A DNA stretch of 64,000 nt, taken from positions 31,131 through 95,130 of the IMG/VR virus record IMGVR_UViG_3300047469_000197, one strand, 5' to 3'. Of this stretch, positions 37,634 through 47,809 are shown in pieces. The position numbers were made by a program, and so were the translations under genes. The notes under the pieces were generated by a model. That model was not told the DNA's origin. It made no database searches and saw only the letters and a list, made by a program, of their open reading frames with translations. How positions within the stretch are numbered: the first letter of the stretch is position 1; each line of letters begins with the position of its first letter. The stretch comes from a virus.

Positions 37634-38160
37634 GCTAGTTCAGTTCTCCGGGAACAGTTAAAAATCTCAACGTGCGGGAGCTGCTTACGCACGCCGTCGA
37701 ATTCTTGCTGCCACTTGGCAACGCTGTAGTTCGTCGGGTTGCGAAGACCGTGCTGATGCCTGCCATGGAAATGCTCACCGTGCGTCACGGAACAGTCATA
37801 ACCGAGCAGGTAGATAGTCTTCGCGCCGAGGCTGGCAGCAAACTGGATGGCCATAGAGCCGGAGTTGAAAGCAACGTCAGCAGCGCCGAAGCGCTGATAT
37901 TCCACATCGTGGGTACGGCTGGCGACTTTCGAGGCGGTACAGCGGCGGATGTCATGAGGAACATCGGCACCGTACACTTCCCACCACGTTAGATCGCCAG
38001 CGAATAAGGCGTATGGCTGTCGGAACATGCCATATGCGTTATTCACTGCCACTACCGGAAATCCTGACCTCTCAACTACTTCACAGTCTGCCTTTGCAAG
38101 CGATGGTCCAGACGCTACACAAAACACAGTTTCAAATTGCATTCGCACCACATAAAACAA
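37594..38160 (-). CDS. Maf/sialyltransferase-like protein (PmgN/O-like)
   Basis: CVASGPSL, VVAVNNA, NSGSMAIQFA, IYLLGYDC, HFHG, IFNCS. Confidence 0.7.
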   Translation of the reverse strand: MFYVVRMQFETVFCVASGPSLAKADCEVVERSGFPVVAVNNAYGMFRQPYALFAGDLTWWEVYGADVPHDIRRCTASKVASRTHDVEYQRFGAADVAFNSGSMAIQFAASLGAKTIYLLGYDCSVTHGEHFHGRHQHGLRNPTNYSVAKWQQEFDGVRKQLPHVEIFNCSRRTELACFPLKSLEAVIA

Positions 38161-38187
38161 ACCGGCACATGTGCGCCGGTCAGAACA

Positions 38188-38559
38188 TTACGATGAAGGG
38201 ATATCTTCCTCGCCCCAAGTGGAATCAGATTCGCGCTCCACAATCTCATTCACCTGGCTGAAAGCTTGCTCGCTGCGTTTTTGATACCCGAACTGGCCAT
38301 ACTGAAGGGCTGAGAGCGAGGAAGGTTCTGGGCTGGTGAGATCGCGGCGGGCGTGCTGCTCGCTTTGCGGGTTGTGGGGCTGCTCTTCGTTGTTCACATA
38401 CACAGTCACTTTCCCTTTGTGGATAGTGATCACCGCGCCACACGATTCAACAACCAGCGTGTCACCCTCTGGCAGGCGAACGGTGGTCACATCAGAATGG
38501 AGGGTAATCTCACCCTCGATGGAAGTTTGTAGAGCTGGGTCGTGTTGTTTGTTGTTCAT
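38188..38559 (-). CDS. Hypothetical protein
   Basis: Likely start MNNKQHD. Confidence 0.5.
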   Translation of the reverse strand: MNNKQHDPALQTSIEGEITLHSDVTTVRLPEGDTLVVESCGAVITIHKGKVTVYVNNEEQPHNPQSEQHARRDLTSPEPSSLSALQYGQFGYQKRSEQAFSQVNEIVERESDSTWGEEDIPSS

Positions 38560-38684
38560 GGGTTTCCCGGACAGTAAATGACGGCGGGAAATGAGTGAGA
38601 CATAGCCCGCCAATTCATGGATGGGAAAATTATTCCACAAATACTGACATAAAACACTAACAAGGCTGTTAGTTAACGCAATTC

Positions 38685-39290
38685 TTACAGTGTTTGCCCT
38701 GTTGTGAGCAACCAATAACGCAGCGTTACCTCTACCATTTCCTCCCAGCCCCAGACCTGTTCACAGGCGTAACCCTCTTCGCGCAGTAACGCCTGCCAGC
38801 CTTCCTGCAAGTCACTCATGGAGTTTTTCCCCACCTTTAACTCGATGTGAAGGCCGTGATAAACGCCGCGCGCTGCGTTCAGGGTGACGTCAGGAAATCC
38901 GCGTTTTTGCCCTTCTGCCTTCATCTCAAATCCGGTCAGCTGGTCGCGCACGCCCCCATTTGGCGTGGCGTGGAGGCGATCATAAATGTCCCGGTGCTTA
39001 CGCCACATGAAATCGAAATAAGTGACCTGGGCGCGGTGCTCCGGGCCTTTACGCTTGGCGTACTTCGGATCGCGCTCCAGCTTCAGCAATTGCTGGGCAT
39101 GGGGTGACGGTGCCAACTCCACTTCAAGGGCTTTGAGCTGTTTCAGTGCGGGTGATTTCACGGCGGTGCGCGCACGCGCGGTTATGTCGGGAATACCGTC
39201 ACTCTGGCGGGGTTTACGGGGCTTGGCGAGCTTGCCCGACTTGCTGCGACCGTTTGCAGCAAGCCAGTCATCTGTAAGACGCAAAGTCAT
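38685..39290 (-). CDS. VRR-NUC domain nuclease (PmgM-like)
   Basis: EHRAQ, HATPNGG, KAEGQKRGFPD, HIELK (PD-(D/E)xK). Confidence 0.88.
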   Translation of the reverse strand: MTLRLTDDWLAANGRSKSGKLAKPRKPRQSDGIPDITARARTAVKSPALKQLKALEVELAPSPHAQQLLKLERDPKYAKRKGPEHRAQVTYFDFMWRKHRDIYDRLHATPNGGVRDQLTGFEMKAEGQKRGFPDVTLNAARGVYHGLHIELKVGKNSMSDLQEGWQALLREEGYACEQVWGWEEMVEVTLRYWLLTTGQTL

Positions 39291-39520
39291 CAGTCAGCAC
39301 TACGGTAAGCACCGTGATTGCGCAGCTTTGCTGCCCGCTCTTCGTGCCAATCCTGCGAACAATGCTCATCGCAGAACTTTTTTTCACCTATCCGCTCTTT
39401 GCAGTAATGACAAGTTCCGGTAAACGGAAGTTTGTCGGCTGCTGAATTGCGGGCGTGCTGAATCTGTTGGTCAAGAATTACCTGTTCATTTTCGGTCAGG
39501 CGGTCGAGTTCATCGCTCAT
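39290..39520 (-). CDS. DksA/TraR-like zinc-ribbon protein (PmgL-like)
   Basis: MSDELD..FTGTCHYC..FCDEHC. Confidence 0.75.
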   Translation of the reverse strand: MSDELDRLTENEQVILDQQIQHARNSAADKLPFTGTCHYCKERIGEKKFCDEHCSQDWHEERAAKLRNHGAYRSAD

Positions 39521-39534
39521 AAAAATCCGTTGTT

Positions 39535-39780
39535 TTACTGCCCCCCACCCTCCAATCGGGCAAGGTCATATAAGTTTTGATATGTCAGTAAAGTTAACGG
39601 AGATTCTGAACATAGTATACTAATTTTTATTGCTGCCTCAGCAGTCAGTGCCTGTTTTCCGTTAATGAGGCGTGAAAGAGTCGCACCAGTTAAGCCAACT
39701 TTTCGGCCTGCCTCATTAACGCTGAGGTTCTGCTTTTCAAGGCTTGCCCGCAGAATTTCACCAGGGTGTTGGGGTTTCAT
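39535..39780 (-). CDS. HigA-like HTH protein
   Basis: HPGEILR, LSRLINGK..LTAEAAIK, QNLYDL. Confidence 0.8.
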   Translation of the reverse strand: MKPQHPGEILRASLEKQNLSVNEAGRKVGLTGATLSRLINGKQALTAEAAIKISILCSESPLTLLTYQNLYDLARLEGGGQ

Positions 39781-40184
39781 ATTGCCTCTGTTCTGATTAA
39801 AAAAAAGCGCCGCATGGGCGCTTTAATCTTTGGGTTATCCGTGCCGTGAGGCGTGCTCAAGGATCTGGTTAAGTATGAAAATGACCGTGAAAACAATTGG
39901 GAATGCGACTGCAACAAACTTAGCTTTTTCCGCCAGCGGTGTAACATTTTTGTGGCGAACCTGAGTGCGTGGCTTGTGGCCGTCTCGACCAACATAATCA
40001 ATCATGTTAATATCCTTAAGTTGTTCCCGTGGGCTGAGTTTGGCGACCTTTCCACTGGGTAAACGGGGGTCCGCTTCGGCGGACCTTTCTTATTTCAGGA
40101 CCTAATTAAGCGCCCCATCATTACGCGTTACGTAACGCGCAACAGGATAGTAACCAGATTTCTTGATACATACAATACTAATTT

Positions 40185-40448
40185 TTATATAACTTCCCTG
40201 TATGCCTCCGAATCCAGGTATTGCACCCCGATCCGGATTGCCTCTTTCCATCCTTCGACAGATACGTCCCGCATTAGCTTAATCGGCTGCCCAGATTCCG
40301 GGTGCAGTAAATATGTCCAGCGCTCCCCCTTATGCAGGGTGATAACCTTCCGGCGATAGTGATGATGTACGATTTCACAACCGTAGCGTTGTGCCTCTTC
40401 CTGCAAGCGGCGTTTATCCATAAATTTATTGCGTTCCAGTGCTGCCAT
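40185..40448 (-). CDS. lxc: Lxc-like corepressor
   Basis: Last gene of darB-ulx-lxc; RLQEEA..GCEI..W..EGWKEAI resembles P1 Lxc as recalled. Confidence 0.65.
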   Translation of the reverse strand: MAALERNKFMDKRRLQEEAQRYGCEIVHHHYRRKVITLHKGERWTYLLHPESGQPIKLMRDVSVEGWKEAIRIGVQYLDSEAYREVI

Positions 40449-40466
40449 GCGTTACCCCCCTATGCA

Positions 40467-40901
40467 TTACTCTTTTGGAGTTACTTTGCTCTCCAGATCC
40501 AGATCGTAAGAAACGAGCTCATACGGTTCATCATCGATATTTTCCGGTACCGCAAGCTGGTGACTGCTGGAGAAAATAAGCCCGTTCCTTAGCCGTTCCT
40601 GCTGATAAAGATACGCAGCGACTGCTGTCAGCGCGTCATTCTCATACTGGTAAATATCGGCTATATCTTCGTCGACCTGATGACCAACAACAGAAAAATT
40701 CCGTTCAATTAACAGTTGCTTCAACGCGGCCCACCAAGGGCCGAAACTGCGATAATAACGCGGCTCTGATGCCAGGCACTGCGCCACCCCGGCCAGATAA
40801 TCATTCAGGAAATCATCTTCACTGCGCCCGTCGAGCGAGCCTGTGAGCACGGTGCTTAAGTACTGATCATCCGGGCGTAGCGTGTCTTTTAAAGTTGTCA
40901 T
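40467..40901 (-). CDS. ulx: Ulx, DarB incorporation factor
   Basis: MTTLKDTLRP, YRSFGPWWAALK; follows darB. Confidence 0.75.
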   Translation of the reverse strand: MTTLKDTLRPDDQYLSTVLTGSLDGRSEDDFLNDYLAGVAQCLASEPRYYRSFGPWWAALKQLLIERNFSVVGHQVDEDIADIYQYENDALTAVAAYLYQQERLRNGLIFSSSHQLAVPENIDDEPYELVSYDLDLESKVTPKE

Positions 40902-40942
40902 GTTCTATGATTGCCGGATTATTCCGGCAATATCCTTATATT

Positions 40943-43900
40943 TTAGTATTTTGCAACCACTTTGAGAATTTCCTCTTGATCGTATCTGGTAGAGATAAGC
41001 CACCAGCCGCCTGGGAATTCTGAGTCGTCGCGCCACCCACTGAAGAATTTAGCTCCGTACTGGGATTTCAGTTCATCTTTAGCCCGGTACAGCGCCCCCT
41101 CTTTGCCCTGCGGATCGTGCAGGCCGAAACAACCGCCCGCGGCAAAATTTACGCCGCGCTTGCTGCGCACCTGTGTTGTGTTGATGCGCACGACGATCTC
41201 GGAGGTGTCCACCAGCCCAGTAACCACCTCGGCCTTTTCAACCTTGGCGACATCAGCGCTCTTCTCTTGCTCTATCTGCTCAGGGGTAATCTGACCGCGC
41301 GCAAGCTGATACGTTTCTTTCATCGTTTTGCGCTGCTCGTCGCTCAGCTTCAGCAGACGGCTATCAACATCATGCGCAAATGCCATCAGGTTATCCGTGT
41401 TAACCAGCAGCTCAGGCGTTATGGTGGCCGCTGAAGAAAGCCCCAGAATGACCGCAGCGGCACACATGATCACACCCTGCAAACCGCCCTGGCTACTCGC
41501 AAAAATACCCTCAAAGGAACCGTACCCCTCGACCGCATGGAGAACGCCCTTTTCAAAGCTCAGCTCGCCACGTTCAACATGCGTCTTGAACTCCGCATAA
41601 TCATCCTGGGCTCGCTGTGCCTTACCGGCTATCAACATCTGTCGTGCTTCTGAATATGCTTGCGCAATTGCGTCCTGCAGCGCCTTTTCAAAATCAGCGG
41701 TGTTGGTGTATGTCGCATCAATATCGCCGTTCACGAATCGCATACCTTGCAGGCGCGGTACATTGACCGAACCGTCCAAGATGAAGCTGGCTACTGCGCG
41801 GTTGTAGTCAAAGTCATAGGTGTACATCTTGCCGCTCATACGCTTGGCCACCACGGCGTTGATCACATCTGGCCCGGCAATCTCACCCAAACCATTCATT
41901 ACCGTCTGATAGTCCTTACCAAACAGCGCAACGAGGAAGTCTTTTGCGGCGTAGCTGATATTGCGTTTGCGGCGCTCCATGATAGCAATGGTCTGTTTTA
42001 ACTGCTCATCGCTGCGATCGGGATAGACCAGAGATGCGCCATTCTGCTGATACCACTTTGCGTCAACATACATCCCATAACTGCCGAAGCCACTACTTCT
42101 CCGGTTCAGCTCGACCAGATCATACTTGCCATCTTTAATGCACACCGCCTGGGAGTCAGTCAGCATCAACTGGCCCGTGACGATGTAGTGCTTAAACTGA
42201 TCTTTGGTCAGCATGTCATGGATTGATGCCATGCTTACCCCACCCTGGAACTTACTCAGCAACTCCAGCTCTGAGGCTGTCACATCGCTTAGCGCGCCAA
42301 GATAGGCGACCGGAACACCTTTACTTGAACCCGCTACGTTAGTCCCATTCGCCGAAAAGATGCCGCGCATGTCAGCCGTCTGAGCATCAAAATCTAGGCG
42401 GCTAATACGCGCATACGAGATCTTGTTGTTCTTGGAACCGTTGCTGGTGGTATTGAAGTTATAGATCTGGCCGACCTTGAACGCCCTGCCGTCCACAACC
42501 AGAAAGTCTTTGCCGTGGTCGATCACGTCCGGGTCGATATCCAAAATGCCCTCATCGATCGCCTTTTTCACCACTGGACGGAGACGCTTGATCTCCTGCT
42601 CGGCTTTCGCCAGGCGGGCAATTTTACGTTGCTGTTTCACCAGCTGAGAGCGGGCATCCGCATCGAACTTGCTGCGGTCGTTAAGCTCCAGACGCTTGGC
42701 GCGTATCTCAGATTCGGCAATTTTAAACTCATGCTTTGGCCGCCAGTCATTCGGATTGTCGGTCATTTCAGCCTGTGCCTGAGCCTGTTTCTGCAGCAGG
42801 GCTTCAAGCTCGGCACGGGCCTCTTGCAGACCGTCAGCGAAGGAGGTTGCGCGGGATTCCAGCGTAGTGATTTTGTCCTTCTCTGTTGCCAGATCCGCAG
42901 CGCCGGCATGTTGTGCCTTGATGTAGTTCGACAGGTCGACGGCTGCGCGTTTCTTCGCGCGCGCCAGGGCGGCAGCTTTTGCCTCAGCGAGCTGTTGGGC
43001 AATCCGGCGCTCACGTTCTTCCGGATTGGCTGAGAGCAGCAACTGCATTTCAACCATGTTGCCTGCATCGGCGTTAGCCATCTGCGAGGCGTCAGACGTC
43101 AGGATCTCCTTAATCCAGGTGCGCTTGCGCTTCAGTGTCTGAAGGCGGAACTCATCAAATGAGCCCTTGCCGCAGTAATACCAGACGTTCACGCGGTCGT
43201 GAGTTGAACCCACGCGGGCGCCGCGCCCGTTACGCTGATCAATACTGGCTGGCGTCCATGGCAGCGTCAGATGGTGAATGTCCGTTGTGCCTTTGTGCAG
43301 GTTAATGCCTACTTCAGCCTTTTTATTGCAGATGAGGATGCTGGTGCGGCCTTCGTTGTAATCGGCGGCGATTTGCTCCAGCCCGCCCAAACTCACCTCA
43401 TTGATGGCAGCGACATACTCATCATAGGCGGCTTTCTGGGTGTTATAGTTCAGTACCTGGTCTTCAGTCGGATCGTCCGGCAGGTCTTTAGGCGGCTTCA
43501 CCTTTTTAGGCTTCTTGCCCTTTTTACCTGCATCAGCAACGGTTGTTGCGTTCAGGATCCCAATCATTGACGGGTCAATGCCCAGCTGCGTGGCGAGAAT
43601 CCGCTTTAACTTGCCGTGCTGGCTTTTCTCATCGGTGAAGATGATCTGTTTGCCGCGCTTTAATCCCTCTTTCAGGCGCTCCACCAACGCTGAGTATTTC
43701 GGCGTTAGAGGGTGAGACATATCCTTTTCCTGAAGGCCGAACTTCGCCAGGCGCTTCATCACTTCCTGTTCAAACACCTCTGGCACTACCAGTGTGGTAA
43801 ACGCGCCAGTGTCTTTGACGCTGAACTGACCTTCTGCGCCATAGCTGTCTTCATCTTCACTGTCTGCGTTGATGGCACCGGGAAGATCGGCCACCAGCTG

Positions 43901-46900
43901 GCGGATGTTTTCGGCCTGCTCTGCCGGGAAACGGAAGGTTATTTGACGGTGATACAGATCCATATCCGTACAAACTCGGTCCATGTCACGGATGATCGCA
44001 AAGATGGAATCTGGCGGTATCAGATTGCCGTCATCATCCTTTGTGATTTTGTCAGTCTGGCCAGCTGAAAGCTTCTCCGCACGCTCGCGCAGCTCTTCAT
44101 ATTTTTCCGCCTGCTCCGTCGACATTGGCGCTTCTGCGGTATTTTCTTCCAGCTCCGGTATTTTTACCTCCTGAGCCACGTCCGCGGAGGTTTTCAGAGT
44201 CGTCCAGCGGTGGAAAATACCGCGCAAGCCATCAAGGTTTTTGAACCCTACCAGCCCCTGCTTCTGCTCAACTTCCCCCGACAATTTGATAACACTGCAC
44301 ATCTCAGTGAGGCCAAACTCTTTAACGAAATCGTCCGGGGTGTAGATACCCATACGCTGCCAGTCGGAATAGCTCACGCAGTGGGAAAGCATGTTAAAGG
44401 CATCAATCGGGCTGTTTACCACTGGCGTTGCGGTCAGCAATACCGGTCCACGCCCATTGTTTTTCGACATCAGATAGGCGTTTTTCACCGCCATATCTCG
44501 CGCTGATTGCGCAACCTGCGGGGATGGGAGATATGCCAGTTGTGTGGCTTCACGGCCAGCACTGTAGCTGTTGCGGTAGTTGTGGCCCTCATCAGCGATC
44601 ACACTGTCAAAATGCATGTCTTCAAAATACGGGTAATCGTGTTGTTTCTCAGTGCCGGTATCTGAGTGCTCCGTTAACAGGCGGTCTTTTTTCTTCTGCT
44701 CGCGGTATGAGTCAGTACCGATTTTCACGCGCCCTGCGTCGGCCTGAGCAAACAGAATATCCTGTGCGTGATCGCGGACCGTCTCGGCACGCAATGGGAT
44801 CCCTGAATACTGCTCTTTGGTCATGACCACCAGGCGCGTATTACTGTGCGGGATCTGGTTCATGCGGGCTTTAACAGTGTCAGAGCCCGACAGCGACAGC
44901 GCATCACGCGTCAGCGGCTGGCCATCTCTGCCCATTACCGGGTTGCCGCTGTCATCCAGAACAGGCACCTGCTTAGCGTTACCCTCATCATCCAACTGCA
45001 CATCGAGGCCAACAAACAGGATGTTGCTGAACACCTGCGGCGAATAGAACGATTTGGCTTCGTGATACCAGTTTTCATAAACCGCTTTCGGCACGACGAT
45101 CGCGGTGCGGGTGCTGCGTCCGTTTTCGAAGTTGTACGCCTCCAGCGCCAGCGCCGTAGTTGTCTTACCCAGTCCAGTTCCAAAGCCCAGGATGCCGCGC
45201 CCGTCTTCTGAGAGACGGCGAACTTCCTGATTCTGGTAGCTGAAGGGTACCCGCTCACCACTTATGCCCGTGAGGTTCAGGCTGGCATCAGACTGTTCAA
45301 ACGGGATGTAAGCATTGAACGCGTTGTTGTACTGCTCAGCGAGCGCGTCGATCTCATCATGCTGGCGGATCCAATCGTTAAAACCAGATTCCAGATCTTT
45401 AATTTTCTCCAGATACGACTCCGCATTAATACCAATCGGCTTGCCACCATTGAGGTATTTTTCCAGCTGCGGCAGGAATGGGTCGCTGTTTGACTTGCGG
45501 GCATAGGTCGGCACCGTGGCGCCGGTGCTGTCCTTTTTCAACACGGTGCCGTATCGGTATCCGGCAAACACCCCGTTGGTGCCCTGGTAGCCCTGTTCAG
45601 AGACGAGCGCCCCATTCTCGACTTCGATTTCTTTGACATACGTCAGCTCGTCGTAGCCATTTTCTTTCAGGTATTCCAGTAGCAAGGAACGGTCAAACCA
45701 GCGCGAGTTGAGCGAAAACGTAATGTCGTCAATACCAGTCCACTTGCGGCGCGCATTGATCTGCTCCAGCTGTCGCAGATAATTATCTTTTTGCGGGCCT
45801 TCACCAATAACCCCCAGAACACCCTTAATCCCGGCACTCATGACGCCAATATCACCGCTGGTGGCGCGGTCCATAGGCATCAAATCGCCATTGGCTGTGA
45901 GGGCGATCCCGTCCGTGCTGGCGAGCATATCCAACAGCTGATCATCACTTTCTGGCAGCGTTGCGGCGGATGTTTTGCGGAACTCTTCCAGGGTGATCGG
46001 CACCAGGTCGATCTGATTAAACAGATGGCGGATAACCTGCTCATGGTTGGTGGCGTCATAAGCTGGTCCGGTCTGCGTTTCGAGCTTGCCCTGGAGAAAG
46101 TCAGACAGCTGGCCATCGGTCGTAATGGCCGCGCGGAACTTCAGCCAGTTGCCGCTGCTGTTGCCAGAAACCTTGCTCACACGGCCTTGGTTCGGGTTGC
46201 CGAACCGCTGTAGCTCACCTTCCACCAGCCGCGCTACGCTTTGGCGCATGGTATCCACGTCAACCGCAGGAAGATGGCTGGCGGCGGCGTCCTGCAGCAC
46301 ACCGATCTGAGCACCAATGATCGCACCACGGAAAACGCGTTCACGCTGGGCAACGGACACGCCCTGTGCAAACTGAAATGCTTTGCGGGTTGGCTCATCA
46401 ATGCTGTTCGGGTAATCCTGCATCAGCGCCTGCATATGATCCCACTGGCGCGCCAGCAGGGATTCAGGATTGCGCATCACCACTTTGAGCTCGTCCAGAT
46501 TACTAATGCCATAGCGTGCCGGATCTATAGCCTGCGGCTGGCCGGAAACATCAAGCACCCACTCACCCGCGGTGAACACGCGCCACTGACCGTTAATCTC
46601 GCGTTGCTCGCCTTCCTCTGCCTTCATGGTCTGCGGTTGCTGGATGCTCAGCATGTCCCAGTTGATGCGGCTATCGAACTTCTGCGCCAGTTTTTCTTTG
46701 ATAGCAGCAGGCGTGATCTGGTCGTTTCGGATGATGATGCGGCCTTGGAAACCTTTCTCGGTTTCGCCGTATACGAACCGCCTTCCGTCCTGTTCAAACC
46801 ATTTGCCGGCGATGAACTCTGGCCATAACACGTTAGCCTCCGTCAGCAGCGTTTCATCTGCCTGCGCAATCAGATCGGCCAGTGCTTCCGGGTGCTTCTG

Positions 46901-47770
46901 CAATACCCAGACGTCAACGGCAGTCGACGTGCCGTTTTCTTCAAAGGTGCCGGATGGCAGGCGGTGCGCGCCCAGGAACTCGGCTTTACGTGATACCTGC
47001 TGGCGCAGTTTCTTCATGCGACTGCCGCTGGTCATGCCGTATGGCACAACAATGCAGGCGATGCCGCCAGGGCGGATTTTGTCGAGTAGACGGAGAATGA
47101 AGTAACGGCCTATGTCTTTTTCTTTGGTGTACGCCTTATCGAGGTTGATCGTATCCCCGCGTGCGTCCCCAAACGGCACGTTCCCAACACAGTGATCAAA
47201 GCTGTTGTCTGCAGTACCCGCTGCGAGCGTTTCGAAAGGCGCAACTTTCACGTCGTCTTCCGGGTGGAGCAGCTGGTTAATGCGTCCTGAGATCGAGCTG
47301 ATTTCTGTTGCCGTCATGATGGTTCCGCGCGGCTTGGTTTCGTTGAATACCCCGGCGCCAGCGGATGGCTCCAGTGTGTTGCCTACGTCAGCGTTGTGGA
47401 GCTTCATGATCTGCCACATCCCTTCTGCAACATACTGCGGTGTGTAGTACTCATGAGTTGAACCGCCGATCCCCCCCTCACCGGTATAGCCCGCCAGAGT
47501 CTGGCGCTGCTCATCGTTCAGCTGCGCCCCATCAGGCAGGCTATTCAGTAATTCCAGTGCCTTGCGGTTAGCTTCCTTCCGCGCGCGCTCTACAGACACG
47601 CCGCTTTGCTTGGTGATCCCAAACACCACTGGCTTACGTATCACCCGTGCCAGCGCCTGAATGAAGCGAACGATCTCACCCACTGAATTGCAGGCAAGTA
47701 TCGCCTTGCTGAACGCCTCTTTGTCGTCGGCCATCGTCACCTCCAAAGTGAACATTTGATAAATTGACAT
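40943..47770 (-). CDS. darB: DarB antirestriction protein (N6-MTase plus SNF2 helicase)
   Basis: YTGEGG, EYYTP, LEPSAGAG, GNVPF, GTGLGKT, DEGH, LTATPVVNS, QRNGRGAR; about 2270 aa. Confidence 0.95.
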   Translation of the reverse strand: MSIYQMFTLEVTMADDKEAFSKAILACNSVGEIVRFIQALARVIRKPVVFGITKQSGVSVERARKEANRKALELLNSLPDGAQLNDEQRQTLAGYTGEGGIGGSTHEYYTPQYVAEGMWQIMKLHNADVGNTLEPSAGAGVFNETKPRGTIMTATEISSISGRINQLLHPEDDVKVAPFETLAAGTADNSFDHCVGNVPFGDARGDTINLDKAYTKEKDIGRYFILRLLDKIRPGGIACIVVPYGMTSGSRMKKLRQQVSRKAEFLGAHRLPSGTFEENGTSTAVDVWVLQKHPEALADLIAQADETLLTEANVLWPEFIAGKWFEQDGRRFVYGETEKGFQGRIIIRNDQITPAAIKEKLAQKFDSRINWDMLSIQQPQTMKAEEGEQREINGQWRVFTAGEWVLDVSGQPQAIDPARYGISNLDELKVVMRNPESLLARQWDHMQALMQDYPNSIDEPTRKAFQFAQGVSVAQRERVFRGAIIGAQIGVLQDAAASHLPAVDVDTMRQSVARLVEGELQRFGNPNQGRVSKVSGNSSGNWLKFRAAITTDGQLSDFLQGKLETQTGPAYDATNHEQVIRHLFNQIDLVPITLEEFRKTSAATLPESDDQLLDMLASTDGIALTANGDLMPMDRATSGDIGVMSAGIKGVLGVIGEGPQKDNYLRQLEQINARRKWTGIDDITFSLNSRWFDRSLLLEYLKENGYDELTYVKEIEVENGALVSEQGYQGTNGVFAGYRYGTVLKKDSTGATVPTYARKSNSDPFLPQLEKYLNGGKPIGINAESYLEKIKDLESGFNDWIRQHDEIDALAEQYNNAFNAYIPFEQSDASLNLTGISGERVPFSYQNQEVRRLSEDGRGILGFGTGLGKTTTALALEAYNFENGRSTRTAIVVPKAVYENWYHEAKSFYSPQVFSNILFVGLDVQLDDEGNAKQVPVLDDSGNPVMGRDGQPLTRDALSLSGSDTVKARMNQIPHSNTRLVVMTKEQYSGIPLRAETVRDHAQDILFAQADAGRVKIGTDSYREQKKKDRLLTEHSDTGTEKQHDYPYFEDMHFDSVIADEGHNYRNSYSAGREATQLAYLPSPQVAQSARDMAVKNAYLMSKNNGRGPVLLTATPVVNSPIDAFNMLSHCVSYSDWQRMGIYTPDDFVKEFGLTEMCSVIKLSGEVEQKQGLVGFKNLDGLRGIFHRWTTLKTSADVAQEVKIPELEENTAEAPMSTEQAEKYEELRERAEKLSAGQTDKITKDDDGNLIPPDSIFAIIRDMDRVCTDMDLYHRQITFRFPAEQAENIRQLVADLPGAINADSEDEDSYGAEGQFSVKDTGAFTTLVVPEVFEQEVMKRLAKFGLQEKDMSHPLTPKYSALVERLKEGLKRGKQIIFTDEKSQHGKLKRILATQLGIDPSMIGILNATTVADAGKKGKKPKKVKPPKDLPDDPTEDQVLNYNTQKAAYDEYVAAINEVSLGGLEQIAADYNEGRTSILICNKKAEVGINLHKGTTDIHHLTLPWTPASIDQRNGRGARVGSTHDRVNVWYYCGKGSFDEFRLQTLKRKRTWIKEILTSDASQMANADAGNMVEMQLLLSANPEERERRIAQQLAEAKAAALARAKKRAAVDLSNYIKAQHAGAADLATEKDKITTLESRATSFADGLQEARAELEALLQKQAQAQAEMTDNPNDWRPKHEFKIAESEIRAKRLELNDRSKFDADARSQLVKQQRKIARLAKAEQEIKRLRPVVKKAIDEGILDIDPDVIDHGKDFLVVDGRAFKVGQIYNFNTTSNGSKNNKISYARISRLDFDAQTADMRGIFSANGTNVAGSSKGVPVAYLGALSDVTASELELLSKFQGGVSMASIHDMLTKDQFKHYIVTGQLMLTDSQAVCIKDGKYDLVELNRRSSGFGSYGMYVDAKWYQQNGASLVYPDRSDEQLKQTIAIMERRKRNISYAAKDFLVALFGKDYQTVMNGLGEIAGPDVINAVVAKRMSGKMYTYDFDYNRAVASFILDGSVNVPRLQGMRFVNGDIDATYTNTADFEKALQDAIAQAYSEARQMLIAGKAQRAQDDYAEFKTHVERGELSFEKGVLHAVEGYGSFEGIFASSQGGLQGVIMCAAAVILGLSSAATITPELLVNTDNLMAFAHDVDSRLLKLSDEQRKTMKETYQLARGQITPEQIEQEKSADVAKVEKAEVVTGLVDTSEIVVRINTTQVRSKRGVNFAAGGCFGLHDPQGKEGALYRAKDELKSQYGAKFFSGWRDDSEFPGGWWLISTRYDQEEILKVVAKY

Positions 47771-47809
47771 AGGATACTAAATTTCATTCTATCGAAGGTG
47801 TAATCTGCA

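Noticed and set aside
39777-40062. ORFs upstream of higA as a HigB toxin
   Set aside because: No RelE/HigB-like pattern; coding status uncertain
41103-47447. Many ORFs antisense or out of frame within darB, likewise within darA, pacB and parM
   Set aside because: Fully overlap long, motif-bearing genes and show no motifs of their own
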